Assembly: GCA_030390025.1 (NCBI GenBank)
Contig: CM059425.1
Coordinates: 172,920,001-172,984,000 of the forward strand
Length of the DNA stretch: 64,000 nucleotides
Source of the DNA: Squalus acanthias
Lineage: Eukaryota
Direction of reading: 5' to 3'
This document shows positions 36,568-49,514 of this stretch, one piece after another. The position numbers and the translations under genes are program-made. Each line of letters begins with the position of its first letter. Positions within the stretch are counted from its first letter, which is position 1. The notes under the pieces were generated by a model that worked only from the letters and a program-made list of their open reading frames with translations, did not search any database and was not told the DNA's origin.

Positions 36568-37045
36568 TTTTAATGGTGGAGCTGCAGCTGTGAGGAGGCC
36601 ACCCACTTGTCAACCCGCCAGGTTTAGCTGACATGGTTTAGGAGGGTCGTGGAACGCGCTGAAAATGTGGAAAAATAACGAGGGCCTGTCAAAATAGGAT
36701 TAAAGAGGCCCTTAACGACCATTTAAGGGTCTTAGCTACCTCTCTGGACTGATGGAGGCGGGACCGAATCGCACCCATCAAAAACGCCTCCGGCAATATT
36801 GCGCGGATGCGGGTCGAACCCGCACTCAGTTTTTGCCATTTTGCCAACTGTCCCGCCTCCAAACCCGCCTCCTCGGGGCTGGGAAAATTGCCTCCAAAGA
36901 TGCATCTCTGCTGACACTCTGGCCAAAATTCCACTTTCAAGCTAACAATTCCCAAGCTAATTCTCTCTTATTTTTCAGTTACCAGCTGCCCAGGTTCACA
37001 TGCCCATTCGTGTATATCTATGAGAGAGACACAGAGAGAGGCAGA

Positions 37046-37800
37046 GTGCTGGATTTTGTAAATGGAGTTGAGTTGGAGGCGGGACTGCTGCTTGTCGGGT
37101 CTATGTCCCGCCTCCATCATGTTCTGACCAACCAGAGGGATTTTCCTCTGATTGACCTTGTTAAGCCCGCCCTGTGGGCTCAGCAGGCCAATTTGGGGGA
37201 AGTCACTGACAGAGCGCGTCAACGTCTGATGTGCCATCTGTCAAGACTTCTTGAAAGAAGAAATGTCAGTGTTTGACAGCTCTGTGAAGCTGTCAAACAC
37301 TGACATTCTGTGTAGTTTGATGAGCCCTTGTGTTCAGGACTCACCAAACCTTTCAACTTTGTAGATTTCAGATGACTGTTGGTTCGGAGGATCCAACAGC
37401 CAGTCTGTGAACTCTACAAGGAAGATGTTGGGATTCCCGATCCAGAGTGGATGAAGGCTGTAGGCAGAAACCAAGGTAAGTGAACATTTTTTAACACTTA
37501 CACTCACCTTACATTCTTACCACTCCACACTTGCACCCATCACTCACCTCTACATCTTACTTTCAGGCCCCTCTGACCCCCGCAGATCTCCTACTTGACT
37601 CCTCCAACCCAGCAGGGTTCTCTGAGGTCGGGAAGCCTTCACCTGAAAAGGTAAAATGGGACTAATCCTTTTTTCTGCCTGTTAACTACCTGGCACGGAG
37701 GCGGAATGGGGGCGGGTTTGCCATCCGCCCCCACTTTCTGCAACTTTACTGGCAGTTCCGCCTCCATACCCGCCTCCTTGGGGCTGAGAAAATCTAGCCC
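37046..37800. mobile_element. Harbinger-type MITE (755 bp)
   Basis: TIR GTGCTGGATTTT / AAAATCTAGCCC; TSD AGA on both sides; internally homologous to 30212-31042. Confidence 0.88.
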
Positions 37801-38282
37801 AGAGAGAATGCTTCAATCCCTTCCATAACTAAGCTGTCAATCAACAAGGGCTCCAAATTGATCCCACCCTTAGAAACAACAAACATCGTCAATTATGCCA
37901 GAATAACCATATATTAACATTGTATATGAAACCATCTTTGCCGATTGTCCAGATACTCCACTTTACAGCTGACAGTTTACCCTGAAAATGTCTTATTGTC
38001 TCAAAGCTACAGAATATTGCACAAAGAAACAATTTCATGGCTGGCACATATCTTTAGGCAGCTAATTAACATTTCCGATTTACCAAGGCCACCATCTTTG
38101 TTTTATGTCTGCTGGTTAAATGCTGCATTTCCTTGGGCGTTAACCCCTTATAAGTTGAAGAAAGGGAGAGGTGCCCATTATGAGGCACTTTCTCTCCAAG
38201 TGTTCAGGGTCTGCCACCACCCCTAGCATACCCCAAACCCCCGCCCCACCTTACACGGCAGTCCCTGGGGTTGGCAGTAGTA

Positions 38283-38726
38283 GAGAAAGAAAGAAAGACT
38301 TGCATTTATATAGCACCTTTCACCACCACCGGACGTCTCAAAGCGCTTTACAGCCAATGAAGTGCTTTTGGAGTGGAGTCACTGTTGTAATGTGGGAAAC
38401 GCGGCAGCCAATTTGCGCACAGCAAGGTCCCACAAACAGCAATGTGATAATGACCAGATAATCTGTTTTTGTTATGTTGATTGAGGGATAAATATTGGTC
38501 AGGACACTGGGGATAACTCCCCTGCTCTTCTTCGAAATAGTGCCATGGGATCTTTTACGTCCACCTGAGAGAGCAGACAGGGCCTCGGTTTAACGTCTCA
38601 CCCGAAAGACGGCACCTCCGACAGTGCCAGCCTAGATTTATGTGTTCAGGTCCCTGGAGTGGGACTTGAACCCACAATCTTCTGACTCAGAGGCAAGTGT
38701 GCTACCCACTGAGCCACAGCTGACAC
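38283..38726 (-). mobile_element. Near full-length tRNA-derived Deu-core SINE (SacSINE1-like)
   Basis: Pol III A box TGGCTCAGTGG and B box GGTTCAAGTCC; core GTCGGAGGTGCCGTCTTTCGG..GAGACGTTAAACCGAGGCC..AAAAGATCCCATGGCACTATT; L2-like tail. Confidence 0.85.
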
Positions 38727-40889
38727 TAGAGAAGGGAGGGAGGCAGGGAAATCAGCGGTGGGGGGCAATCAAGCGGCTACAGTGGACATTCCTGCTGCGG
38801 CGAGTGGAGAAACATTCACTGGCGGCTCTGGCTAGGATGGGGATCTGGTGACAGGCCTCCTCATCCCATTTCCCTCCATGTTGCACCACTTTACTGCCCA
38901 ACCTATTTCAAAGCTTCCCAAATATTGTCATCCAATTCTAGAAATAAATCCCAAGTGTTAACGAAAGATCTTGAGACCTTGTTTGACAGAGTCCACAGTA
39001 CAGAGCTAGGTGAGAGACCTCACTCACAGGGAATTTGAAGATCCCTTGGGGTCTAGTTATTGGTCTTCATTTTTAACAACCATCAGTGACCACAGCCTCA
39101 GAGATGTGCACATTGGCCTATAAATTCTGGGCTCTTTAGGGTGCGGTATCATTGTTAGCTGAGCTATGGTGGGGGGAGGGGGATGCAATTTCTGGTGGAT
39201 TCAATTTCTATCCCTTCCCACCCATGTTGACAAATTGGAAGCAGAACTGGCGGGATGCCAGGCTCCACTCCAAATCCCACCACTTGTGCCCAGCATACAG
39301 CAGGCTGCGTGTGGGTCCCTCAATGCCACATCCCAACTGCAATCAATCTGAGACAGATCAAATACCAGGAACAACAGATAACCCAGCAGGAAAAACATTT
39401 AAATTGGGAGACTAGGTGAGACCAGCCTTTGTCCCCTGGTGGAACAGCACGGTGCCGCTCTGAAATCTCACTGCCACCACGAACTGGGCATCTAGCAGTG
39501 CCATCAATGGCGTGTGCCCCACCCCTAATATTCAAACAACTCTATCGCCAAGATTTGGGATGGGGCCAAGACAAGTATAGATGGGTGGGCGGAAGTTCTA
39601 ACTCACTGCACTTCCGGTGATGGAGCAGGTCTTCCAGAATTTCTTCACTAACAGCTCCAACCCATCGCCATCTATAAAATGTAACAGACATTCACTGATC
39701 ATGCAGATTTAAAATTAAATGGGAGGTGAAAATCTGCGGGCCTTTAACCCAAGTGTAAATGTCGAAATTGGCCTGTTGGGACCTCTACCCCTGACCCTGC
39801 CAGAATATGTGGTGTCAGGAGAACGATCCCCAATTTAATTATACCCTGTTCCACTATAGGTGCATCTTGGGTGCCTGGAAAAGCAGAGGGAAAGCAATAG
39901 TGATGGAGACCCGTTGCTCCAATAGGCCCTTCCGCACCAGGTCCAGCAGCGTATAGAAAGGGGCAGATCAGCTCACTCGCAAAGGGTGCCAATTTGGGAA
40001 CTGTGTCAGACTTTGTTTTTGAGGATCCAGGTAAGGATCAAGGGCTGTATCTCCAGGTAGGCCCCACTTGTGCCCCTCAAATAATTGATATGCCTTTCCC
40101 TTTACCCAGCCTACCTGCCACTATTCATCTGCCAGGCTAGGGCCAAGGAGAATTCCACCCTTGGAATTCCCTCCCCCAACCCCATTGACATAGGGTACCA
40201 TGTTTGGGGCATATGGAGGCTCCGCAGGCAATCCTGCGCTCTCCTGCCCAATTTACCATGGGACTGCACTGGAAGAGCTGTGCATTTTCCACCCCTAGTA
40301 TTTTGTTGTCATAAATTATCAATGTTTCTTGCTAAAATGATAATATCATAATTGCTTGTGCTTAGTTTACTGAACCTATTATAATTAATGACATAGTATT
40401 AGCCTAGATAGTATTATAAAACAATAATCAGATATTAAAAAGTTTGATACAGCCAAACTAGTAGAAATAAGTATTTCCAGTGATCTTCCTAGCAAAGATC
40501 AGATTACATTTTGTAAAAACATGTAAATATTTGAGCTCTAATAATGGGGTGACGTTCAGATTTTTTCAACTTCTAGTGTGCATATTCAGGAGTACCCTTT
40601 TAAATTCTGGAATTCTGGATAACTAAAACTGTCGAACAAACCTGACTCCGTACATTTTCTTATACCATCAGCTTCAGGTTATCTTGAATCTTCATTAAAA
40701 TTTAATCTTCCTCTTCATTGCTTCTCAGTTTGCCATGGAGACTTGGTGAGAAATGTTGCAGGGATGAGCCAATCTAGCCCTAAATTAAACTATCTAATTA
40801 GTGCCTCTAATGAAGCACCTTAATTATTCCATAGGTGATAGAATTGAGTTATTCAAGTTACAAATGCAAACTGACTGAAAATTCACAGA

Positions 40890-42851
40890 CGAAATTTTAC
40901 TAAACTCTGATCGCCAGACGCCACCCCGACTCGATTTTCGAGCAGGCCTTGAAATGGGCAGCCAGACCTCCTGCCCGAAACAGGCCTTATTTCAATACTG
41001 AAATCAGGCTCCTATGCTGGTTGTAGGACCCCATACGCCATTTTTGTGTACCAATGGATGGAGCATGTGCTACCCACCCTCCGCCCATTGGTACTAGGCG
41101 TTGCGCGGCCTAACCAGCAGTCCTTAAAGGGACCGTTATAGGCCGCTCACAAAGCAGCCCAAGTTAGGTTTTTTTTTAAATTTTGTGGCGCCAGGAGGTG
41201 TGTGAATGCTCATGGCCCCACTATTGCCTCACCCCTTACCCCCTTTAACTCTTTACTTTCAGTTAGGCTTCTCGGTGGATCCATGGAGGTAGCCACTCTC
41301 TCCATGGCAGACATTCTCACAATTCCCAGCACCATCAATCTACTAGTGATCGAGTTGGACTCCTCCATCCTCTCTGCTAGTGTGGAGAGTGTACGAGGCA
41401 TGTCTGTCAGTACCTGGCTATGTTGCTGATGCAAATCTAGCATTGTCCTTCTCAACGATAGCCCCCCGGGGTTCAACGTCTGTGTCCAGCTGAGCAGAGG
41501 TTGAACAGAATTGCGCCCCCCCCCCTCCCCGATGCGGACTTTGCACAGATGTCCCTGTCACCAGTGTCTGCTCGTGCTTACGGTGAATCACCAGGTGAAA
41601 ACCCAACTAACGGTCTAACTGGACCCACTGAAGTGCGAGTATCTGCACTGGTGCATGGCTATAGGTCCTGTGACGGTGCACCTCAGAAGGAAAGAGGTCC
41701 TCTGAGGAATTGTCCTCATGCATGTCCAGCGATACTTGCTGTACGTGTGAAATCCCTGGAAGACAAAAGAAAGGAATATAAATTAGTCATAGGAAATTTG
41801 TGATCTTGACAATCACCATACTCAGTATCTTCATAGTTCAGGCATTGATGAAATGAAGTCAGCATATGTGTGTCAGAGATATTTGTATTTATGTCACCAG
41901 CTATCTGCGAGTTCCCTGTCTCTCCATCTCTGATTAAGAGGGATGCAGATTTGCCACTTATCTCCAGGGCTTCCTCCTCTGCGTCTGTCAGCTGGACTAT
42001 TTGTGGCAGCCCATCTCCAGTCCTGCTCCTCTGCCTTGCATTTTGCATTCTCTTCTCCTACAGGTGGCCAAAAAACAGACCTGTGAATGAGTTAAGGTGA
42101 GGCATTCACCCGATGGATGCAGTGCATTCGGTGAGGGTGACTATGAGACAGATGCATCACATTGCATAAGGATTGGAGTGAGTGGCAATGGTGGATGGAT
42201 AAATGGGGAAGTGATGAAGTGCACGGAACGTGAAGGCTGAGTGCTGCTAAAATTTGAGTGCGTATGAGGAGTGATGTGATGGAGTACGCTTGGCAAGACA
42301 GAGTGAAGTGGGGAGGTGGGGGTGGAATAAAACCACAGGATGTAGGTGAATCAGCAAATGTACACACTTTTCCTAACCAGTTTAGGTCATTAAATTGCTT
42401 CCTGCACTGCATTCAAGACCGGGGCACAATGCTCCTGCTGCTTATCTCCTCAGCCACGCCATCTTAGTGAGAGCAGCAAGTTTCCTCCTCTCATTGCTGG
42501 GGAAAAGTATGTCCCCCCTGTTCCTCACTGCACCCAGCAGTAATTCCAGTGATGCATCATTAAATCTGGGTGCTGCCCTTGCTCTATCTGCAGCATCCGT
42601 CGTAAACACCTCTTGGCTCCTCCAATTCCCATTTGTACATTGTCCCTTTAAATAGAGCTGAGATTGTGCCATGCAGGTGCGCATCACGCCCCCTGAGCAG
42701 CTTGGAGACGTGAAACTCGGAAGTCAAAATTTATTGCCTCAATCAAGTTGAAATCAGAGAGTCCGACTCACTGACTTTATTCTGGGTGTTGCCCACACAA
42801 TTCCACGCCCCCGCACCGCTCAGAAGCCACCTTCACATTAATATCGGGGCC
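40890..42851 (-). mobile_element. Harbinger remnant with a Myb/SANT pseudogene on the minus strand (~41250-42600); no transposase
   Basis: ARAAPRFNDASLELLLGAV..., MQCRKQFNDL, RQRSRTGDGLP, AERMEESNS; right end AATATCGGGGCC; left end approximate. Confidence 0.8.
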
Positions 42852-43010
42852 ATAGAAAGTGATGTGAAGATATAATTTTCAGCTGGTCTGTAGTCTCTTG
42901 GTGGATGCAGAAAAATATGGGACAGCCCGACCTGAATGATGCCCCCAGCACTGGCTCCATGATCACATGACATGTGACAGGTTATATTCTGTAATACTGC
43001 AGGAGGTATT

Positions 43011-44980
43011 GGCCTAGAAATTTGGGTACTTACCGGTAAGGCCCGTTTCTTGAAAAAAAATGGTGGCTGCCTCACTTCCGCCCGTCTCTGGCGCGGGACT
43101 CAGCGGCCGCCATTTTGGTGAGGGCCATGGTGCTGCCATTAGCAGTGCTGGCCCAAGAAATGCAAAACAGCAGAGTGTGACGTCAGCTGTCGTGCAACAC
43201 TGACTTGACGCCACACTCTGTAAACTTCGACCTTTGTGCTGACTTTAATGCAGGGTCCTAAGCTCGCTCAGAAAAGCGAGCGAGCAGCAGACCTACAGAG
43301 ACGCTGTCAGCACTACTTAAAGGGACACACACATCTTTCAGGTAAATTTGTATTTATGCTTTTGGACTGGATTTTTTTAATTTATTGAAGTAGTGCTTGG
43401 TTCAATAGATGTTAAAAGTTTTTAAAGTGTGCAGGGAGTGCAGGGAGTGCTGCTGGATGCTTGCAAGGAAGGAAAGGTAAGGAAGGCCTCTGAAAAGAAA
43501 GAGAATGCTGGAAATACTCAGCAGGTCAGGCAGCATCCGTGGAGAGAGAAACAGAGTTCACGTCTCAGGTCGAGATACTGACTGACCTGCTGAGTATTTT
43601 CAGCATTTTCTGCTTTTATTTCAGATTTCCAGCATCCGATCGCAGAGGGAAGAGGAAGACGCAGAAGAGGAAGACATAGAGGGGAGGAATCAGAAGGAAG
43701 GATGCAACCCAGAGAGCCCCTTTCTGGCTGGGATACCCAGGATGGGATTATCCGCCTGCGGTCCCAGTGACCACAACCCTAATTCCCCTTTCAACATTAA
43801 TCCCACACCTTACCTTCCCTCTGTTACTGACCATCTTCTTGGCCACAATACTGAAATAAAAGCCACCACTAAGCAAACTTTCCAATCCAACTTTATACTC
43901 TATCCATCCAATATGACATCAAGAAATCAATGAATCACCCTTGGGCATTAGTGACTGTCTTGTGTGTACCTTTGCCTACCCTACTGACGTCACGCTGCAT
44001 TTCTTGGGTGTCTGAAATGAGGAAGACACAAGGGTGGAGTTGTGGTGAGGGGAGGGTGGGAAAGCAAGAGGTATATGCGAGAAGGAGGATAATGTATGAG
44101 GATACCAGTATATTGTATCCTTTCAGCCCTGCCACTGGCCAAGGGCTCAGCCATGCCCCTGCCAAGCATGGCCAGCACCATCTCCTCCAAGGGGGTGAGA
44201 TGAAGCTAGGAATGGGAGGTGTGCCTTGTGTTTGATAGAGATTGTTGGTAGGTGAGTGATTGGGGTGGGGGGGTTCATGCAATGAACAGTGTGTGAGGCT
44301 AGTGAAGCAGTTGGTAGGAGACGGCTTTTGAAGATGCATTCACTGCCCTTGACCACTGGTCTGAGGTCATGAAGCTTCTTTGGGCACTGGAGCCAGGTCC
44401 TGGGGGCGACACTGCTGACAGTAGCGGCCTCGGTGATGTGGTCCCACATCGTTCTTTCTGGAGGGCCTCCTGGACCCTATGGGTAGAGGACCTCTCTTGC
44501 AGTGTTGAGCCCTACACAAAGCTGGAGTGCTGCATGCGAGACCCTGGGTGCCCCTTCCCATTTATGAGCCATTTGTGTTAGTGCCAAAGCACGTTTACCA
44601 TTTTTTTAGGTGCAGAAGGCAATTCAGCTTTAAGAGCTGAAGACTGCCATTTGGGAATTATTTTTAATTTTTTTTCCAGAAGGCAGGTGGGCTCTAAAGG
44701 CTAAAAACTGCCTATTTTTAAATGATTTTTATTTTTTTCATTTTAAAAGGCAGTTCCCCTTTAAGGGTCCGACACTGCTTTCTAAAATGACAGGCTAGCT
44801 TTAAGATAATGCTGTTCTTGCTCCAGGGACGCTACGGTCATGCTACATTGGGCCTCCTGCTGAGAGTAGCACCCTAAAATCCAGCCTTACATGGTAAGTT
44901 TAGCGCTGCACTAATTTAAATTAGCAGGCAGCACCAAAGTACCACTGTAAGCGGTGGGGTCTGTACTAATCCTTTCTGTG
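43011..44980. mobile_element. Internally deleted Harbinger element; inverted relative of 420-1300
   Basis: TIR GGCCTAGAAATT at 43011; transposase C-terminal remnant ~43640-43770 (+); Myb remnants ~43950-44570 (-), including PRTWLQCPKKLHDL. Confidence 0.8.
43495..43637. mobile_element. Penelope-like fold-back fragment at the position equivalent to 686-841
   Basis: Reverse-complement match to 686-841, including the GGCCTCTGA junction. Confidence 0.65.
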
Positions 44981-44984
44981 TGGC

Positions 44985-45268
44985 GATATTATACGTCTCT
45001 CGGATAAGATGTTTAAGTGAGGCCCCATCTGCCCTCTCAAGTGGATGCAAAAGATCCCATGGCACTATTTGAAAGAAGAGCTAAAATGGATTATTTGGTC
45101 ATTATCTCATTGCTGTTTGTGGGACCTTGCTGAATGCAAATTGGCTGCTGCGTTTCCTACGTTACAACGGGGACTACACTTCAAAAGTATTTAATTGTCT
45201 GGAATGCGGTTTGGGATGTCCTGAGATTGTGAATGGCGATATCTAAATGCAAGTTCGTTCTTTCTTTA
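44985..45268 (+). mobile_element. Deu-core SINE fragment
   Basis: AAAAGATCCCATGGCACTATTTGAAAGAAGAG...AAATGCAAGTT tail. Confidence 0.8.
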
Positions 45269-47980
45269 GAAAATAGCAAAGAAATGGCCACTCTTTCTGG
45301 GCTGTAATGCAAAGCTCCACCAGATTTATTCAGGTGCCTAAAACAAGACTTCAACATGCCTATGGTTCTATAAAAATCCTTGTAGTCCCATCGGCCTTAT
45401 TCTCCGCCTCTGCCTGCAAATGCCTTACTGGAGCCATAAGCCATGATTGTAGGGCATATCCATGATCACCAACCAACAATCCTTATACACAGCTCTTATT
45501 CATCAAGGTGGGTATAATGGATTGTCACATGATAAAAGTGCCATGACCGCTTCCTGGGTGCAGGATAAGATGATTGGCATCACAAATTAGCTGGACATTT
45601 ATTGAATGAAAGTCTTTCCTATTAATGAAATTGAGGGGGTTATCTCATGGGGCTTTCAGTCCCACATGCATTCCACCAGTTGCTCCATTCAACTGTGCGA
45701 ATCCTGCCTACCGTTAGAATTGGATTGCTTGCTCCTTTTTTCACAGGTTCCATAGAAAAGCTAATAACTGTGAGGTCCACTTGAATAGAGTATCAGCGAC
45801 CTTCTTTATACATTGGCGCCTGACTAATGTGGCAAAGGTCCCCTGAGGCTGCTTGGAAGGACCCAGTGAGAAAAAACTTCAATGCAGTGGTCACTTTCAT
45901 TGCTACAGAAAATGCAGTACTCCTTCATGAAGTGGGCTGCAGGTTTTCAGCCAACAGCAGGCATAACTCCCCTATAACCTCCAGGTGGAAATGTAGCTTT
46001 CTGAGGTATTGACGGGCAGAGAAATCTAAATAATACCATCAAGGACAGTAAATCCTGTGGAGTGAATGTCTATGTGCTGGAAATAAGCATCCTTTGTGGT
46101 GCCTCATTCCAAGTTCCTCCAATCCAGCCTCTTCCATTTTCTCATCATCTTCCTCCTCTTAATGCAGGAGAGGGAGTCCCATTGGGAAATCCTTTTCTCC
46201 AGTCCAAAAAATAACTTTCTCCAGAACTCCATAAATTGCAGAAGTCTTCAGAGAAGTCCCAAAGCAGCAAACATCAAAAGTCAATGTCCAGGCAAAGTTT
46301 CACAAAGCTTCAGATATTACAACCATAATGGGCTCCTCAATGCTGTATCCACATCAGAGATACCGCTGTTCTACTTATACCACCACTAGATCAATGTTCT
46401 CAGAGGTTAGGTTTGGGATGCTAACTGTGGATACTTGCATAGTCACCTATGCTACATCCATCTGTCCCCATTTACATGCAGGGCAAGCTTCGGGTGGGTG
46501 GTTATTTGGATTGACTTTATCACAAGGAGTATACTGGTAAGTATTTTTTTGTTGGGGAATTGTGGCAGCAAGCTACACTGTCCCATTAACTGGACTCAAA
46601 ATTCCTCACGGGTTCTCCGCCGTAGCTCTGCTGGGAGAAGGGGGAGACCCTGTTATGTCAGGTCCTCAACATTTCTGGGAGTTTATGCATTGACCTGTGA
46701 GGGGCAGAACCTTTGTCTGCTCTTACAAGGCAAATAGTGGACCGAGGGAGAAGCTGGGGCGAGGCCTCCCCAAACTAGGAATTCCTAGTCCTGGCCAAGG
46801 ATGGGAATCTGATATAACAGAATGAGGTGAGACATGTACAATGGCACATGTGGGTTCCAGTGGTGAAGTCCAGGCTTGCCAAGCAACCTGGATCCCTGCA
46901 GAGGAAGCTTTAAAAAAAATTCTGATCAGCTCGCTTGCTCGGTGGCTGAGTGGTTGCAGGGTCGGGGGTGATGGCCTGGCCATACCCCCGATCGGCAGGC
47001 AGCTGTCTGAGTTTCCGGGTGCAAGGGGAAGGTGGACACCAAAGATTTGCCCAATGTGGCACTTTCAGCCACCTGCTCCAAACAACTAAGGTGCCCTTCA
47101 ACTAGCCCCACAAACTTCAGCAGGAGTCAGCGTTGGACAGCATTGGCAAGCAGAATCCTGGGATTGCAGCCTGTGAATTTCTGGGCCATAGTTTTTACTG
47201 CCACAAGATTACAAGAAAATGGGCAGCTTTTGAAAGGATAATCCATTTTATAATTGCAAAGAGCCTGTGATAGTTGTAGGATTCATGTTGTCCAAATTAG
47301 GTTATGCTAAATTCAGTCTCAGTTGGCTACATGTTTTTAATCTGCAGCTCAATACATGGCATTGCTTATGTATATCTGCAACCTCTTGACTGATGAGAAT
47401 CGTATTCTGCTTTACATACTTTCTTGGTTGGCTGGGAAATGTTATTAAAGTATCTTTTACAACTGCCATGCTTGGCTGAATGATTGATGTCACTTCCTCA
47501 GCTTGTAGCTTTGTGTTGCTACCAAGGATACAGACCCTGCAGATGGGTGAATTTTGTTTCTATCATTTTCCAGGTGCTTTAAAATTATTTCAAAGGCTAG
47601 GGTGGAAAGTTCACAAAATTTTCCAAAACTTATGTTTGTCTTTAGCTTTATAGACAACATTTGCCAATAGACTTAGGTAGGCCAGTATTGTACCTCCAAC
47701 ACATGTCAATTGCTGATTCCACCTAGATCAATGTCCCTGATTTTCTATCATAATGTAAGGTTCTGTATTCTGAGGCTTTCATAGGAAGATTTTTCAGATT
47801 GTCACTGGACTTAATAAGTGATCATCTTCTTAATCAATTTTGTTCACAACTTTTACTTCAGGAGCTCGAGTATATTCTCAGTATATTGGCTGCTGAATAC
47901 AGATGTTGGGACCAATGTATTCACTGATAGCAATTGTGCTACTTTTCCTTTGGGTATGATCACTGTAGCTATAGGCTATT

Positions 47981-48505
47981 ATGCGGAGATGCCGGTGTTG
48001 GACTGGGGTGGACAAAATTGAGAGGTCGCACAACACCAGGTTATAGTCCAACAGTTTTATTTGAAATCACAAGCTTTCGGAGCTTACTACTCCTTCGTCG
48101 GGTGAAGTAAAAAGATACAGAATCGCCAAAGCATATATAGATAGAGAACAATGCATGTGTACCTTACAATTGCAGACAACTAAATTAAATCATCCTGACT
48201 GTTTATCTGCCGAGGTGTGATAAAGTTAATCAGGTCAGCCAGGAAGGTACCACATCAAAGACATAGCAAGATACAACTGAGACAATGAGGTGGAGTCGCA
48301 GGGGGTCTAACGTGTCAAAAGCTGCCGTCTGTATGTAAAACGATAAGCTTTAAAATTTTTACTTTTTTACTGGGAATCACATCTGTGAACAAGCCAACGA
48401 CGACTCGAGTCCGGATCACATCATGTATCGTGACATAAACCCAAGATCCCGGTTGAGACCGTCTTCATGAGTGCGGAACTTGGCTATCAGTTTCTGCTCG
48501 ATGAT
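47981..48505 (-). mobile_element. Penelope-like element 3' fragment
   Basis: Minus strand EQKLIAKFRTHEDGLNRDLGFMSRY (GIY-YIG C-terminal type); hammerhead motif; 11-bp direct repeat TATAGGCTATT at 47970-47980 and 48506-48516. Confidence 0.85.
48067..48105 (-). ncRNA. Minimal type I hammerhead ribozyme motif (core variant CCGACGA)
   Basis: UCAC CCGACGA A GGAG uaguaag CUCC GAAA GC UU GUGA. Confidence 0.7.
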
Positions 48506-49012
48506 TATAGGCTATTGCCAGAGTTCAGAAAACTGAATATAACAGTCTTTAAGAGGGCAGCACAGTGTTAGCTGGAAAGGAGCCTTGCTCCCACCATAAG
48601 GGCAGCTCCTGGAACCCCAAGCAAAAACGAAGATAGGTTGGAGTTTTCTCATTGGTAATAAAACATTCTAGTTATGCACAGCAGAATATTCATTTAAAAA
48701 TACTTTTATGAAAAGTTGAAAATTATTCAGAAAAAAAATACTTAATGAAGTCAGCATGATGGACAATTGCAATACTTAAAAATATTCACGCATGACAGGA
48801 AAATAAAATGAATCTATTATTTTGTATTTTTATCCCTTCCTTTAGTTTATTTTATTCTTGTCTTCAGCACTGTATTATTTGTCTGCCTTTTCCCTTTGAT
48901 GACAAGCTGAAAAATGGCACTAATAGAAAGGCGTTAAAATGAGATCAGTGATCAACATGGAGATGACTTGCAGAGAATGGGAGACATAAAACGACATTGA
49001 AATGTTGACAAA

Positions 49013-49345
49013 AGCAAAATACAAGCTGCTGGAAATCTGAAATAAAAACAGAAAAATGCCAGAAACACTCAGCAGGTCAGGCAGTATCTGTGGAGAGAGA
49101 AACAGAGTTAACGTTTCAGGTCGATGGCTTTTCATTAGAACTGGAAGAGATTGACAGCTTTTAAGCAAATACAGAGCCAGAGACAAGGGGGGCAGGGAAA
49201 GAAAAAGAGGAAAGGCCTGTGATAGGATGGAGGGCATGAGTGATTAAATAACAAAAGTGATGATGGTGCAAGGCAAAATGAGATGATAATGAGAATTATA
49301 GAAACAAAAGATGGGTCTGGAGGAGCTGTAAGGTTATAGCACAAT
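49013..49345 (-). mobile_element. Penelope-like terminal repeat fragment (second family)
   Basis: Same repeat as 686 and 43495; contains a hammerhead-like core. Confidence 0.6.
49106..49142 (-). ncRNA. Degenerate minimal hammerhead ribozyme motif
   Basis: AGUU CUAAUGA ...GACCU GAAA CG UU AACU; G5 is mutated and stem II is eroded. Confidence 0.55.
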
Positions 49346-49514
49346 ATCAGAGGAGGAGGAAAGCATCAGGCATAGAAGGTTTCCGTGGCCCAGCAATGTG
49401 GTGGAAGAAAGGCAGGTAGACCCCAGGAGTGGACCACCCCGCTGGCCGTGTACCAATAGGGGATCCCCAACCCAGGTATTAGCTCACGCCTCCTCCACTT
49501 TCAGTGACTCTGAT

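Larger units (their letters stand above)
31633..36895. mobile_element. Full-length but decayed Harbinger element (family C) with a CR1 insertion
   Basis: TIR AGGGGTGATTTTCCC / GGGAAAATTGCCTCC (CpG-decayed GGGGGCGATTTTCCC); flanks AGA / AAA; both genes present. Confidence 0.88.

Noticed and set aside
46592..47187. Older MITE-like segments (also near 39116-39743 and 59783-60315)
   Set aside because: TIR-like ends are too degenerate and no TSD supports the boundaries
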